Positions 38,965-54,000 of a stretch of DNA of 64,000 bases are shown here, one piece after another. Each line of letters begins with the position of its first letter. The first letter of the stretch is position 1. The notes beneath the pieces were generated by a model. The model saw nothing but the letters and a program-made list of their open reading frames with translations. It had not been told where the DNA came from and did no database searches. The stretch is from the NCBI RefSeq assembly GCF_009914755.1, contig NC_060947.1. One strand, given 5' to 3'. The translations under genes were made by a program, and so were the position numbers. Origin of the DNA: the human T2T-CHM13v2.0 reference genome, Homo sapiens.

Positions 38965-41900
38965 AGATGTGAAGATATAGACGTTTCAAACGAAGGCTAC
39001 AAAGTGGTCAAAATATACACTTGCAGATTCTACTACAAGGGTGATGCAAACCTGAACTATCAAAGGAAGGTTCAACTCTGTGAGTTGAATACAAACATCA
39101 CAAAGAATGTTCTGAGTTTGCTTCCGTTCAGTTATGGGAAGTTGATCCCGTTTCCAACGAAATCCTCAGAGAGGTCCAAATATCCCCTTGCAGATTCTAC
39201 AAAACGTGTGTTTGGAAACTGCTCCATCATAACGAATGTTCAGCTCTCTGAGTTAAACTCCATCGTCACAAAGAATTTTCTGAGAGTGCTACCGTCTAGT
39301 TTTATATGAAGTTCTTTCCTTTACTACCACAGGCCTCAAAGCGGTCCAAATCTCCACTTGCAGATTCTACAAAAAGAGTGTTTGCAAACTGCTCTATCAA
39401 AAGGAATGTTCAACTCTGGGAGTTGAATGCAATCATCACAGAGCAGTTTCTGAGAATGCTTCTATGTCGTTTTTAGGAGAAGATATTTCCTTTTCCAACA
39501 CAGTCCTCCAAGCCCGCTAAATATCCACTTGCACATTGTAGAAAAATGTGTCGAAGCTGCGCTATCAAAGGGAAAGTTCAACTCTGTGAGGTGAATGCAA
39601 ACATCCCAAAGAAGTTTCTGAGAATGCTTCCGTTTAGCTTTTAGGTGAAGATTATCCCGTTTCCAACGAAATCTTCAAAGAAGTCCAAATATCCCCTTGC
39701 GGATCCCACAGAAAGAGTGTTTCGAAACTGCTGTTTCAAAAGGAATCTTCAACTCTGTGAGTTGAATGCAATCATCACAAAGAAGTTTCTGACAATGCTT
39801 CTCTCTCGTCTTTCTGTGAAGATAAAGGAAAAGGCTTTCAGGCCTTTTCCACCACAGGCCTGAAAGCGCTCCAAATGTCCACTTGCAGATTCTGCCAAAA
39901 GAATATTTCAAAACTGCTCTATGAAAAGCAATGTTAAACTCTGTGGCTCGAACACAAACATCACAAAGCAGTTTCTGAGAATGCTTCAGTTTAGTTTTTC
40001 TGTGGAAATATTCCCGTTTCCAAAGAAATCTTCAAAGAGGTCCACGCATCCACTTACAGATTCTACAAAAAGACAGTTTCAAAACTGCTCAATCAAAAGG
40101 AGGGTTCAACTGTGTGACTTGAATGCAATCATCACTCAGAAGTTTCTGAGAACGCTTCTCTTTAGTTTTTACGTGAACATATACCCGTTTCGAACGAAGG
40201 CCACCCAGTGGTCCAAATATCCACTTGCAGATTCTACAGAAAGAGTGTTTCGAACCTGAACTCTCAAAGGCAGGTTCATCTCTGCGAGTTAAATGCATTC
40301 ATCATGAAGAACTTTCTCAGCGTGTTTGTGTTTAGTTATGGGAAATTATTCCCGTTTCCAACGAAATCCTCAGAGAGCTCCAATTATCCACCTGCAGATT
40401 CTACCAAAAGTGTATTTGGAAACTGCTCCATCAAAAGGCATGTTCAGCTCTGTGAGTGAAACTCCATCATCACAAAGAATATTCTGAGAATGCTTCCATT
40501 TGCCTTTTATATGAAGTTCCTTCCTATACTACCGTAGGCCTCAAAGCAGTCCAAATCTCCATTTGCAGATTCTACAAAAAGAGTGATTCCAATCTGCTCT
40601 ATCAATAGGACTGTTCAACTCCATGAGTTGAATGCCATCCTCACAAAGTAGTTTCTGAGAATGTTTCTATCTAGTTTTTATGTGAAGATATTTCCTTTTC
40701 CACCACAGGCCTCAAAGCCCTCCAAACGTCCACTTGCAGATTCTCGAAAAAGAGTGTTTCATAGCTGCTCTTTCAAAAGGAAAGTTCAACTCTGGGAGCT
40801 GAATACAAACATCACAAAGTAGTTTCCGAGAATGCTTCTGTTTAGTTCTTATGTGAAGATGATCCCGTTTCCAGTGAAATCTTCAAAGAGGTCCACATAT
40901 CCCCTTGCAGATTCCAAAGAAAGAGGGTTTCAAAACTGCTCCATCAAAAGGATTGTTCAACTCTGTGAGTTGAATGCAGTCATCGCAGAAAACTTTCTGA
41001 GAATGCTTCTGTCTCGGTTTGATGTGAAGATATAGACGTTTCAAACGAAGGCTACAAAGTGGTCAAAATATACACTTGCAGATTCTACTACAAGGGTAAT
41101 GCAAACCTGAACTATCAAAGGAAGGTTCAACTCTGTGAGTTGAATACAAACATCACAAAGAATGTTCTGAGTTTGCTTCTGTTCAGTTATGGGAAGTTGA
41201 TCCCGTTTCCAACGAAATCCTCAGAGAGGTCCAAATATCCCCTTGCAGATTCTACAAAACGTGTGTTTGGAAACTGCTCCATCATAACGAATGTTCAGCT
41301 CTCTGAGTTAAACTCCATCGTCACAAAGAATTTTCTGAGAGTGCTACCGTCTAGTTTTTATATGAAGTTCTTTCCTTTACTACCACAGGCCTCAAAGCGG
41401 TCCAAATCTCCACTTGCAGATTCTACAAAAAGAGTGTTTGCAAACTGCTCTATCAAAAGGAATGTTCAACTCTGGGAGTTGAATGCAATCATCACAGAGC
41501 AGTTTGTGAGAATGCTTCTATGTCGTTTTTAGGAGAAGATATTTCCTTTTCCAACACAGTCCTCCAAGCCTGCTAAATATCCACTTGCACATTGTAGAAA
41601 AAGTGTGTCGAAGCTGCGCTATCAAAGGGAAAGTTCAACTCTGTGAGGTGAATGCAAACATCCCAAAGAAGTTTCTGAGAATGCTTCCGTTTAGCTTTTA
41701 GGTGAAGATTATCCCGTTTCCAACGAAATCTTCAAAGAGGTCCAAATATCCCCTTGCGGATCCCACAGAAAGAGTGTTTCGAAACTGCTGTTTCAAAAGG
41801 AATCTTCAACTCTGTGAGTTGAATGCAATCATCACAAAGAAGTTTCTGACAATGCTTCTCTCTCGTCTTTCTATGAAGATAAAGGAAAATGCTTTCAGGC

Positions 41901-44900
41901 CTTTTCCACCACAGGCCTGAAAGCGCTCCAAATGTCCACTTGCAGATTCTGCCAAAAGAATATTTCAAAACTGCTCTATGAAAAGCAATGTTAAACTCTG
42001 CGGCTCGAACACAAACATCACAAAGCAGTTTCAGAGAATGCTTCAGTTTAGTTTTTCTGTGGAAATATTCCCGTTTCCAAAGAAATCTTCAAAGAGGTCC
42101 ACGCATCCACTTACAGATTCTACAAAAAGACAGTTTCAAAACTGCTCAATCAAAAGGAGGGTTCAACTGTGTGACTTGAATGCAATCATCACTCAGAAGT
42201 TTCTGGGAACGCTTCTCTTTAGTTTTTACGTGAACATATACCCGTTTCGAACGAAGGCCAGCCAGTGGTCCAAATATCCACTTGCAGATTCTACAGAAAG
42301 AGTGTTTCGAACCTGAACTCTCAAAGGCAGGTTCATCTCTGCGAGTTAAATGCATTCATCATGAAGAACTTTCTCAGCATGTTTGTGTTTATTTATGGGA
42401 AATTATTCCCGTTTCCAACGAAATCCTCAGAGAGCTCCAAATATCCACCTGCAGATTCTACCAAAAGTGTATTTGGAAACTGCTCCATCAAAAGGCATGT
42501 TCAGCTCTGTGAGTGAAACTCCATCATCACAAAGAATATTCTGAGAATGCTTCCATTTGCCTTTTATATGAAGTTCCTTCCTATACTACCGTAGGCCTCA
42601 AAGCAGTCCAAATCTCCATTTGCAGATTCTACAAAAAGAGTGATTCCAATCTGCTCTATCAATAGGACTGTTCAACTCCATGAGTTGAATGCCATCCTCA
42701 CAAAGTAGTTTCTGAGAATGCTTCTATCTAGTTTTTATGTGAAGATATTTCCTTTTCCACCACAGGCCTCAAAGCCCTCCAAACGTCCACTTGCAGATTC
42801 TCGAAAAAGAGTGTTTCATAGCTGCTCTTTCAAAAGGAAAGTTCAACTCTGGGAGCTGAATACAAACATCACAAAGTAGTTTCCGAGAATGCTTCTGTTT
42901 AGTTCTTATGTGAAGATGATCCCATTTCCAGTGAAATCTTCAAAGAGGTCCACATATCCCCTTGCAGATTCCAAAGAAAGAGGGTTTCAAAACTGCTCCA
43001 TCAAAAGGATTGTTCAACTCTGTGAGTTGAATGCAGTCATCGCAGAAAACTTTCTGAGAATGCTTCTGTCTCGGTTTGATGTGAAGATATAGACGTTTCA
43101 AACGAAGGCTACAAAGTGGTCAAAATATACACTTGCAGATTCTACTACAAGGGTGATGCAAACCTGAACTATCAAAGGAAGGTTCAACTCTGTGAGTTGA
43201 ATACAAACATCACAAAGAATGTTCTGAGTTTGCTTCTGTTCAGTTATGGGAAGTTGATCCCGTTTCCAACGAAATCCTCAGAGAGGTCCAAATATCCCCT
43301 TGCAGATTCTACAAAACGTGTGTTTGGAAACTGCTCCATCATAACGAATGTTCAGCTCTCTGAGTTAAACTCCATCGTCACAAAGAATTTTCTGAGAGTG
43401 CTACCGTCTAGTTTTTATATGAAGTTCTTTCCTTTACTACCACAGGCCTCAAAGCGGTCCAAATCTCCACTTGCAGATTCTACAAAAAGAGTGTTTGCAA
43501 ACTGCTCTATCAAAAGGAATGTTCAACTCTGGGAGTTGAATGCAATCATCACAGAGCAGTTTCTGAGAATGCTTCTATGTCGTTTTTAGGAGAAGATATT
43601 TCCTTTTCCAACACAGTCCTCCAAGCCCGCTAAATATCCACTTGCACATTGTAGAAAAAGTGTGTCGAAGCTGCGCTATCAAAGGGAAAATTCAACTCTG
43701 TGAGGTGAATGCAAACTTCCCAAAGAAGTTTCTGAGAATGCTTCCGTTTAGCTTTTAGGTGAAGATTATCCCGTTTCCAACGAAATCTTCAAAGAGGTCC
43801 AAATATCCCCTTGCGGATCCCACAGAAAGAGTGTTTCGAAACTGCTGTTTCAAAAGGAATCTTCAACTCTGTGAGTTGAATGCAATCATCACAAAGAAGT
43901 TTCTGACAATGCTTCTCTCTCGTCTTTCTGTGAAGATAAAGGAAAAGGCTTTCAGGCCTTTTCCACCACAGGCCTGAAAGCGCTCCAAATGTCCACTTGC
44001 AGATTCTGCCAAAAGAATATTTCAAAACTGCTCTATGAAAAGCAATGTTAAACTCTGCGGCTCGAACACAAACATCACAAAGCAGTTTCAGAGAATGCTT
44101 CAGTTTAGTTTTTCTGTGGAAATATTCCTGTTTCCAAAGAAATCTTCAAAGAGGTCCACGCATCCACTTACAGATTCTACAAAAAGACAGTTTCAAAACT
44201 GCTCAATCAAAAGGAGGGTTCAACTGTGTGACTTGAATGCAATCATCACTCAGAAGTTTCTGAGAACGCTTCTCTTTAGTTTTTACGTGAACATATACCC
44301 GTTTCGAACGAAGGCCAGCCAGTGGTCCAAATATCCACTTGCAGATTCTACAGAAAGAGTGTTTCGAACCTGAACTCTCAAAGGCAGGTTCATCTCTGCG
44401 AGTTCAATGCATTCATCATGAAGAACTTTCTCAGCGTGTTTGTGTTTAGTTATGGGAAATTATTCCCGTTTCCAACGAAATCCTCAGAGAGCTCCAAATA
44501 TCCACCTGCAGATTCTACCAAAAGTGTATTTGGAAACTGCTCCATCAAAAGGCATGTTCAGCTCTGTGAGTGAAACTCCATCATCACAAAGAATATTCTG
44601 AGAATGCTTCCGTTTGCCTTTTATATGAAGTTCCTTCCTATACTACCGTAGGCCTCAAAGCAGTCCAAATCTCCATTTGCAGATTCTACAAAAAGAGTGA
44701 TTCCAATCTGCTCTATCAATAGGACTGTTCAACTCCATGAGTTGAATGCCATCCTCACAAAGTAGTTTCTGAGAATGCTTCTATCTAGTTTTTATGTGAA
44801 GATATTTCCTTTTCCACCACAGGCCTCAAAGCCCTCCAAACGTCCACTTGCAGATTCTCGAAAAAGAGTGCTTCATAGCTGCTCTTTCAAAAGGGAAGTT

Positions 44901-47900
44901 CAACTCTGGGAGCTGAATACAAACATCACAAAGTAGTTTCCGAGAATGCTTCTGTTTAGTTCTTATGTGAAGATGATCCCGTTTCCAGTGAAATCTTCAA
45001 AGAGGTCCACATATCCCCTTGCAGATTCCAAAGAAAGAGGGTTTCAAAACTGCTCCATCAAAAGGATTGTTCAACTCTGTGAGTTGAATGCAGTCATCGT
45101 AGAAAACTTTCTGAGAATGCTTCTGTCTAGGTTAGATGTGAAGATATAGACGTTTCAAACGAAGGCTACAAAGTGGTCAAAATATACACTTGCAGATTCT
45201 ACTACAAGGGTGATGCAAACCTGAACTATCAAAGGAAGGTTCAACTCTGTGAGTTGAATACAAACATCACAAAGAATGTTCTGAGTTTGCTTCCGTTCAG
45301 TTATGGGAAGTTGATCCCGTTTCCAACGAAATCCTCAGAGAGGTCCAAATATCCCCTTGCAGATTCTACAAAACGTGTGTTTGGAAACTGCTCCATCATA
45401 ACGAATGTTCAGCTCTCTGAGTTAAACTCCATCGTCACAAAGAATTTTCTGAGAGTGCTACCGTCTAGTTTTATATGAAGTTCTTTCCTTTACTACCACA
45501 GGCCTCAAAGCGGTCCAAATCTCCACTTGCAGATTCTACAAAAAGAGTGTTTGCAAACTGCTCTATCAAAAGGAATGTTCAACTCTGGGAGTTGAATGCA
45601 ATCATCACAGAGCAGTTTCTGAGAATGCTTCTATGTCGTTTTTAGGAGAAGATATTTCCTTTTCCAACACAGTCCTCCAAGCCCGCTAAATATCCACTTG
45701 CACATTGTAGAAAAAGTGTGTCGAAGCTGCGCTATCAAAGGGAAAGTTCAACTCTGTGAGGTGAATGCAAACATCCCAAAGAAGTTTCTGAGAATGCTTC
45801 CGTTTAGCTTTTAGGTGAAGATTATCCCGTTTCCAACGAAATCTTCAAAGAAGTCCAAATATCCCCTTGCGGATCCCACAGAAAGAGTGTTTCGAAACTG
45901 CTGTTTCAAAAGGAATCTTCAACTCTGTGAGTTGAATGCAATCATCACAAAGAAGTTTCTGACAATGCTTCTCTCTCGTCTTTCTGTGAAGATAAAGGAA
46001 AAGGCTTTCAGGCCTTTTCCACCACAGGCCTGAAAGCGCTCCAAATGTCCACTTGCAGATTCTGCCAAAAGAATATTTCAAAACTGCTCTATGAAAAGCA
46101 ATGTTAAACTCTGTGGCTCGAACACAAACATCACAAAGCAGTTTCTGAGAATGCTTCAGTTTAGTTTTTCTGTGGAAATATTCCCGTTTCCAAAGAAATC
46201 TTCAAAGAGGTCCACGCATCCACTTACAGATTCTACAAAAAGACAGTTTCAAAACTGCTCAATCAAAAGGAGGGTTCAACTGTGTGACTTGAATGCAATC
46301 ATCACTCAGAAGTTTCTGAGAACGCTTCTCTTTAGTTTTTACGTGAACATATACCCGTTTCGAACGAAGGCCACCCAGTGGTCCAAATATCCACTTGCAG
46401 ATTCTACAGAAAGAGTGTTTCGAACCTGAACTCTCAAAGGCAGGTTCATCTCTGCGAGTTAAATGCATTCATCATGAAGAACTTTCTCAGCGTGTTTGTG
46501 TTTAGTTATGGGAAATTATTCCCGTTTCCAACGAAATCCTCAGAGAGCTCCAATTATCCACCTGCAGATTCTACCAAAAGTGTATTTGGAAACTGCTCCA
46601 TCAAAAGGCATGTTCAGCTCTGTGAGTGAAACTCCATCATCACAAAGAATATTCTGAGAATGCTTCCATTTGCCTTTTATATGAAGTTCCTTCCTATACT
46701 ACCGTAGGCCTCAAAGCAGTCCAAATCTCCATTTGCAGATTCTACAAAAAGAGTGATTCCAATCTGCTCTATCAATAGGACTGTTCAACTCCATGAGTTG
46801 AATGCCATCCTCACAAAGTAGTTTCTGAGAATGTTTCTATCTAGTTTTTATGTGAAGATATTTCCTTTTCCACCACAGGCCTCAAAGCCCTCCAAACGTC
46901 CACTTGCAGATTCTCGAAAAAGAGTGTTTCATAGCTGCTCTTTCAAAAGGAAAGTTCAACTCTGGGAGCTGAATACAAACATCACAAAGTAGTTTCCGAG
47001 AATGCTTCTGTTTAGTTCTTATGTGAAGATGATCCCGTTTCCAGTGAAATCTTCAAAGAGGTCCACATATCCCCTTGCAGATTCCAAAGAAAGAGGGTTT
47101 CAAAACTGCTCCATCAAAAGGATTGTTCAACTCTGTGAGTTGAATGCAGTCATCGCAGAAAACTTTCTGAGAATGCTTCTGTCTCGGTTTGATGTGAAGA
47201 TATAGACGTTTCAAACGAAGGCTACAAAGTGGTCAAAATATACACTTGCAGATTCTACTACAAGGGTAATGCAAACCTGAACTATCAAAGGAAGGTTCAA
47301 CTCTGTGAGTTGAATACAAACATCACAAAGAATGTTCTGAGTTTGCTTCTGTTCAGTTATGGGAAGTTGATCCCGTTTCCAACGAAATCCTCAGAGAGGT
47401 CCAAATATCCCCTTGCAGATTCTACAAAACGTGTGTTTGGAAACTGCTCCATCATAACGAATGTTCAGCTCTCTGAGTTAAACTCCATCGTCACAAAGAA
47501 TTTTCTGAGAGTGCTACCGTCTAGTTTTTATATGAAGTTCTTTCCTTTACTACCACAGGCCTCAAAGCGGTCCAAATCTCCACTTGCAGATTCTACAAAA
47601 AGAGTGTTTGCAAACTGCTCTATCAAAAGGAATGTTCAACTCTGGGAGTTGAATGCAATCATCACAGAGCAGTTTGTGAGAATGCTTCTATGTCGTTTTT
47701 AGGAGAAGATATTTCCTTTTCCAACACAGTCCTCCAAGCCTGCTAAATATCCACTTGCACATTGTAGAAAAAGTGTGTCGAAGCTGCGCTATCAAAGGGA
47801 AAGTTCAACTCTGTGAGGTGAATGCAAACATCCCAAAGAAGTTTCTGAGAATGCTTCCGTTTAGCTTTTAGGTGAAGATTATCCCGTTTCCAACGAAATC

Positions 47901-50900
47901 TTCAAAGAGGTCCAAATATCCCCTTGCGGATCCCACAGAAAGAGTGTTTCGAAACTGCTGTTTCAAAAGGAATCTTCAACTCTGTGAGTTGAATGCAATC
48001 ATCACAAAGAAGTTTCTGACAATGCTTCTCTCTCGTCTTTCTATGAAGATAAAGGAAAATGCTTTCAGGCCTTTTCCACCACAGGCCTGAAAGCGCTCCA
48101 AATGTCCACTTGCAGATTCTGCCAAAAGAATATTTCAAAACTGCTCTATGAAAAGCAATGTTAAACTCTGCGGCTCGAACACAAACATCACAAAGCAGTT
48201 TCAGAGAATGCTTCAGTTTAGTTTTTCTGTGGAAATATTCCCGTTTCCAAAGAAATCTTCAAAGAGGTCCACGCATCCACTTACAGATTCTACAAAAAGA
48301 CAGTTTCAAAACTGCTCAATCAAAAGGAGGGTTCAACTGTGTGACTTGAATGCAATCATCACTCAGAAGTTTCTGGGAACGCTTCTCTTTAGTTTTTACG
48401 TGAACATATACCCGTTTCGAACGAAGGCCAGCCAGTGGTCCAAATATCCACTTGCAGATTCTACAGAAAGAGTGTTTCGAACCTGAACTCTCAAAGGCAG
48501 GTTCATCTCTGCGAGTTAAATGCATTCATCATGAAGAACTTTCTCAGCGTGTTTGTGTTTATTTATGGGAAATTATTCCCGTTTCCAACGAAATCCTCAG
48601 AGAGCTCCAAATATCCACCTGCAGATTCTACCAAAAGTGTATTTGGAAACTGCTCCATCAAAAGGCATGTTCAGCTCTGTGAGTGAAACTCCATCATCAC
48701 AAAGAATATTCTGAGAATGCTTCCATTTGCCTTTTATATGAAGTTCCTTCCTATACTACCGTAGGCCTCAAAGCAGTCCAAATCTCCATTTGCAGATTCT
48801 ACAAAAAGAGTGATTCCAATCTGCTCTATCAATAGGACTGTTCAACTCCATGAGTTGAATGCCATCCTCACAAAGTAGTTTCTGAGAATGCTTCTATCTA
48901 GTTTTTATGTGAAGATATTTCCTTTTCCACCACAGGCCTCAAAGCCCTCCAAACGTCCACTTGCAGATTCTCGAAAAAGAGTGTTTCATAGCTGCTCTTT
49001 CAAAAGGAAAGTTCAACTCTGGGAGCTGAATACAAACATCACAAAGTAGTTTCCGAGAATGCTTCTGTTTAGTTCTTATGTGAAGATGATCCCATTTCCA
49101 GTGAAATCTTCAAAGAGGTCCACATATCCCCTTGCAGATTCCAAAGAAAGAGGGTTTCAAAACTGCTCCATCAAAAGGATTGTTCAACTCTGTGAGTTGA
49201 ATGCAGTCATCGCAGAAAACTTTCTGAGAATGCTTCTGTCTCGGTTTGATGTGAAGATATAGACGTTTCAAACGAAGGCTACAAAGTGGTCAAAATATAC
49301 ACTTGCAGATTCTACTACAAGGGTGATGCAAACCTGAACTATCAAAGGAAGGTTCAACTCTGTGAGTTGAATACAAACATCACAAAGAATGTTCTGAGTT
49401 TGCTTCTGTTCAGTTATGGGAAGTTGATCCCGTTTCCAACGAAATCCTCAGAGAGGTCCAAATATCCCCTTGCAGATTCTACAAAACGTGTGTTTGGAAA
49501 CTGCTCCATCATAACGAATGTTCAGCTCTCTGAGTTAAACTCCATCGTCACAAAGAATTTTCTGAGAGTGCTACCGTCTAGTTTTTATATGAAGTTCTTT
49601 CCTTTACTACCACAGGCCTCAAAGCGGTCCAAATCTCCACTTGCAGATTCTACAAAAAGAGTGTTTGCAAACTGCTCTATCAAAAGGAATGTTCAACTCT
49701 GGGAGTTGAATGCAATCATCACAGAGCAGTTTCTGAGAATGCTTCTATGTCGTTTTTAGGAGAAGATATTTCCTTTTCCAACACAGTCCTCCAAGCCCGC
49801 TAAATATCCACTTGCACATTGTAGAAAAAGTGTGTCGAAGCTGCGCTATCAAAGGGAAAATTCAACTCTGTGAGGTGAATGCAAACTTCCCAAAGAAGTT
49901 TCTGAGAATGCTTCCGTTTAGCTTTTAGGTGAAGATTATCCCGTTTCCAACGAAATCTTCAAAGAGGTCCAAATATCCCCTTGCGGATCCCACAGAAAGA
50001 GTGTTTCGAAACTGCTGTTTCAAAAGGAATCTTCAACTCTGTGAGTTGAATGCAATCATCACAAAGAAGTTTCTGACAATGCTTCTCTCTCGTCTTTCTG
50101 TGAAGATAAAGGAAAAGGCTTTCAGGCCTTTTCCACCACAGGCCTGAAAGCGCTCCAAATGTCCACTTGCAGATTCTGCCAAAAGAATATTTCAAAACTG
50201 CTCTATGAAAAGCAATGTTAAACTCTGTGGCTCGAACACAAACATCACAAAGCAGTTTCAGAGAATGCTTCAGTTTAGTTTTTCTGTGGAAATATTCCTG
50301 TTTCCAAAGAAATCTTCAAAGAGGTCCACGCATCCACTTACAGATTCTACAAAAAGACAGTTTCAAAACTGCTCAATCAAAAGGAGGGTTCAACTGTGTG
50401 ACTTGAATGCAATCATCACTCAGAAGTTTCTGAGAACGCTTCTCTTTAGTTTTTACGTGAACATATACCCGTTTCGAACGAAGGCCAGCCAGTGGTCCAA
50501 ATATCCACTTGCAGATTCTACAGAAAGAGTGTTTCGAACCTGAACTCTCAAAGGCAGGTTCATCTCTGCGAGTTCAATGCATTCATCATGAAGAACTTTC
50601 TCAGCGTGTTTGTGTTTAGTTATGGGAAATTATTCCCGTTTCCAACGAAATCCTCAGAGAGCTCCAAATATCCACCTGCAGATTCTACCAAAAGTGTATT
50701 TGGAAACTGCTCCATCAAAAGGCATGTTCAGCTCTGTGAGTGAAACTCCATCATCACAAAGAATATTCTGAGAATGCTTCCGTTTGCCTTTTATATGAAG
50801 TTCCTTCCTATACTACCATAGGCCTCAAAGCAGTCCAAATCTCCATTTGCAGATTCTACAAAAAGAGTGATTCCAATCTGCTCTATCAATAGGACTGTTC

Positions 50901-51065
50901 AACTCCATGAGTTGAATGCCATCCTCACAAAGTAGTTTCTGAGAATGCTTCTATGTAGTTTTTATGTGAAGATATTTCCTTTTCCACCACAGGCCTCAAA
51001 GCCCTCCAAACGTCCACTTGCAGATTCTCGAAAAAGAGTGCTTCATAGCTGCTCTTTCAAAAGGG
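38965..51065 (-). repeat. Tandem duplication of a 3-HOR block (period 6,169-6,170 bp)
   Basis: At least 14 rare variants recur in order at +6,170, for example caattatcc 40381/46551, gggtaatgc ~41098/47268, ttctgggaac 42201/48371, cccatttcca 42921/49091, attcctgttt ~44129/50299 and gagtgcttcat ~44871/51041. Confidence 0.93.
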
Positions 51066-54000
51066 AAGTTCAACTCTGGGAGCTGAATACAAACATCACA
51101 AAGTAGTTTCCGAGAATGCTTCTGTTTAGTTCTTATGTGAAGATGATCCCGTTTCCAGTGAAATCTTCAAAGAGGTCCACATATCCCCTTGCAGATTCCA
51201 AAGAAAGAGGGTTTCAAAACTGCTCCATCAAAAAGATTGTTCAACTCTGTGAGTTGAATGCAGTCATCGCAGAAAACTTTCTGAGAATGCTTCTGTCTAG
51301 GTTTGATGTGAAGATATAGACGTTTCAAACGAAGGCTACATAGTGGTCAACATATACACTTGCAGATTCTACTACAAGGGTGATGCAAACCTGAACTATC
51401 AAAGGAAGGTTCAACTCTGTGAGTTGAATACAAACATCACAAAGAATGTTCTGAGTTTGCTTCCGTTCAGTTATGGGAAGTTGATCCCGTTTCCAACGAA
51501 ATCCTCAGAGAGGTCCAAATATCCCCTTGCAGATTCTACAAAACGTGTGTTTGGAAACTGCTCCATCATAACGAATGTTCAGCTCTCTGAGTTAAACTCC
51601 ATCGTCAGAAAGAATTTTCTGAGAGTGCTACCGTCTAGTTTTTATATGAAGTTCTTTCCTTTACTACCACAGGCCTCAAAGCGGTCCAAATCTCCACTTG
51701 CAGATTCTACAAAAAGAGTGTTTGCAAACTGCTCTATCAAAAGGAATGTTCAACTCTGGGAGTTGAATGCAATCATCACAGAGCAGTTTCTGAGAATGCT
51801 TCTATGTCGTTTTTAGGAGAAGATATTTCCTTTTCCAACACAGTCCTCCAAGCCCGCTAAATATCCACTTGCACATTGTAGAAAAAGTGTGTCGAAGCTG
51901 CGCTATCAAAGGGAAAGTTCAACTCTGTGAGGTGAATGCAAACATCCCAAAGAAGTTTCTGAGAATGCTTCCGTTTAGCTTTTAGGTGAAGATTATCCCG
52001 TTTCCAACGAAATCTTCAAAGAGGTCCAAATATCCCCTTGCGGATCCCACAGAAAGAGTGTTTCGAAACTGCTGTTTCAAAAGGAATCTTCAACTCTGTG
52101 AGTTGAATGCAATGATCACAAAGAAGTTTCTGACAATGCTTCTCTCTCGTCTTTCTGTGAAGATAAAGGAAAAGGCTTTCAGGCCTTTTCCACCACAGGC
52201 CTGAAAGCACTCCAAATGTCCACTTGCAGATTCTGCCAAAAGAATATTTCAAAACTGCTCTATGAAAAGCAATGTTAAACTCTGTGGCTCGAACACAAAC
52301 ATCACAAAGCAGTTTCTGAGAATGCTTCAGTTTAGTTTTTCTGTGGAAATATTCCCGTTTCCAAAGAAATCTTCAAAGAGGTCCACGCATCCACTTACAG
52401 ATTCTACAAAAAGACAGTTTCAAAACTGCTCAATCAAAAGGAGGGTTCAACTGTGTGACTTGAATGCAATCATCACTCAGAAGTTTCTGAGAACGCTTCT
52501 CTTTAGTTTTTACGTGAACATATACCCGTTTCGAACGAAGGCCAGCCAGTGGTCCAAATATCCACTTGCAGATTCTACAGAAAGAGTGTTTCGAACCTGA
52601 ACTCTCAAAGGCAGGTTCATCTCTGCGAGTTAAATGCATTCATCATGAAGAACTTTCTCAGCGTGTTTGTGTTTAGTTATGGGAAATTATTCCCGTTTCC
52701 AACGAAATCCTCAGAGAGGTCCAAATATCCACCTGCAGATTCTACCAAAAGTGTATTTGGAAACTGCTCCATCAAAAGGCATGTTCAGCTCTGTGAGTGA
52801 AACTCCATCATCACAAAGAATATTCTGAGAATGCTTCCGTTTGCCTTTTATATGAAGTTCCTTCCTATACTACCGTAGGCCTCAAAGCAGTCCAAATCTC
52901 CATTTGCAGATTCTACAAAAAGAGTGATTCCAATCGGCTCTATCAATAGGACTGTTCAACTCCATGAGTTGAATGCCATCCTCACAAAGTAGTTTCTGAG
53001 AATGCTTCTATCTAGTTTTTATGTGAAGATATTTCCTTTTCCACCACAGGCCTCAAAGCCCTCCAAACGTCCACTTGCAGATTCTCGAAAAAGAGTGTTT
53101 CATAGCTGCTCTTTCAAAAGGAAAGTTCAACTCTGGGAGTTGAATACAAACATCACAAAGTAGTTTCCGAGAATGCTTCTGTTTAGTTCTTATGTGAAGA
53201 TGATCCCGTTTCCAGTGAAATCTTCAAAGAGGTCCACATATCCCCTTGCAGATTCCAAAGAAAGAGGGTTTCAAAACTGCTCCATCAAAAGGATTGTTCA
53301 ACTCTGTGAGTTGAATGCAGTCATCGCAGAAAACTTTCTGAGAATGCTTCTGTCTAGGTTTGATGTGAAGATATAGACGTTTCAAACGAAGGCTACAAAG
53401 TGGTCAAAATATACACTTGCAGATTCTACTACAAGGGTGTTGCAAACCTGAACTATCAAAGGAAGGTTCAACTCTGTGAGTTGAATACAAACATCACAAA
53501 GAATGTTCTGAGTTTGCTTCCGTTCACTTATGGGAAGTTGATCCCGTTTCCAACGAAATCCTCAGAGAGGTCCAAATATCCCCTTGCAGATTCTACAAAA
53601 CGTGTGTTTGGAAACTGCTCCATCATAACGAATGTTCAGCTCTCTGAGTTAAACTCCATCGTCACAAAGAATTTTCTGAGAGTGCTACCGTCTAGTTTTT
53701 ATATGAAGTTCTTTCCTTTACTACCACAGGCCTCAAAGCGGTCCAAATCTCCACTTGCAGATTCTACAAAAAGAGTGTTTGCAAACTGCTCTATCAAAAG
53801 GAATGTTCAACTCTGGGAGTTGAATGCAATCATCACAGAGCAGTTTCTGAGAATGCTTCTATGTCGTTTTTAGGAGAAGATATTTCCTTTTCCAACACAG
53901 TGCTCCAAGCCCGCTAAATATCCACTTGCACATTGTAGAAAAAGTGTGTCGAAGCTGCGCTATCAAAGGGAAAGTTCAACTCTGTGAGGTGAATGCAAAC

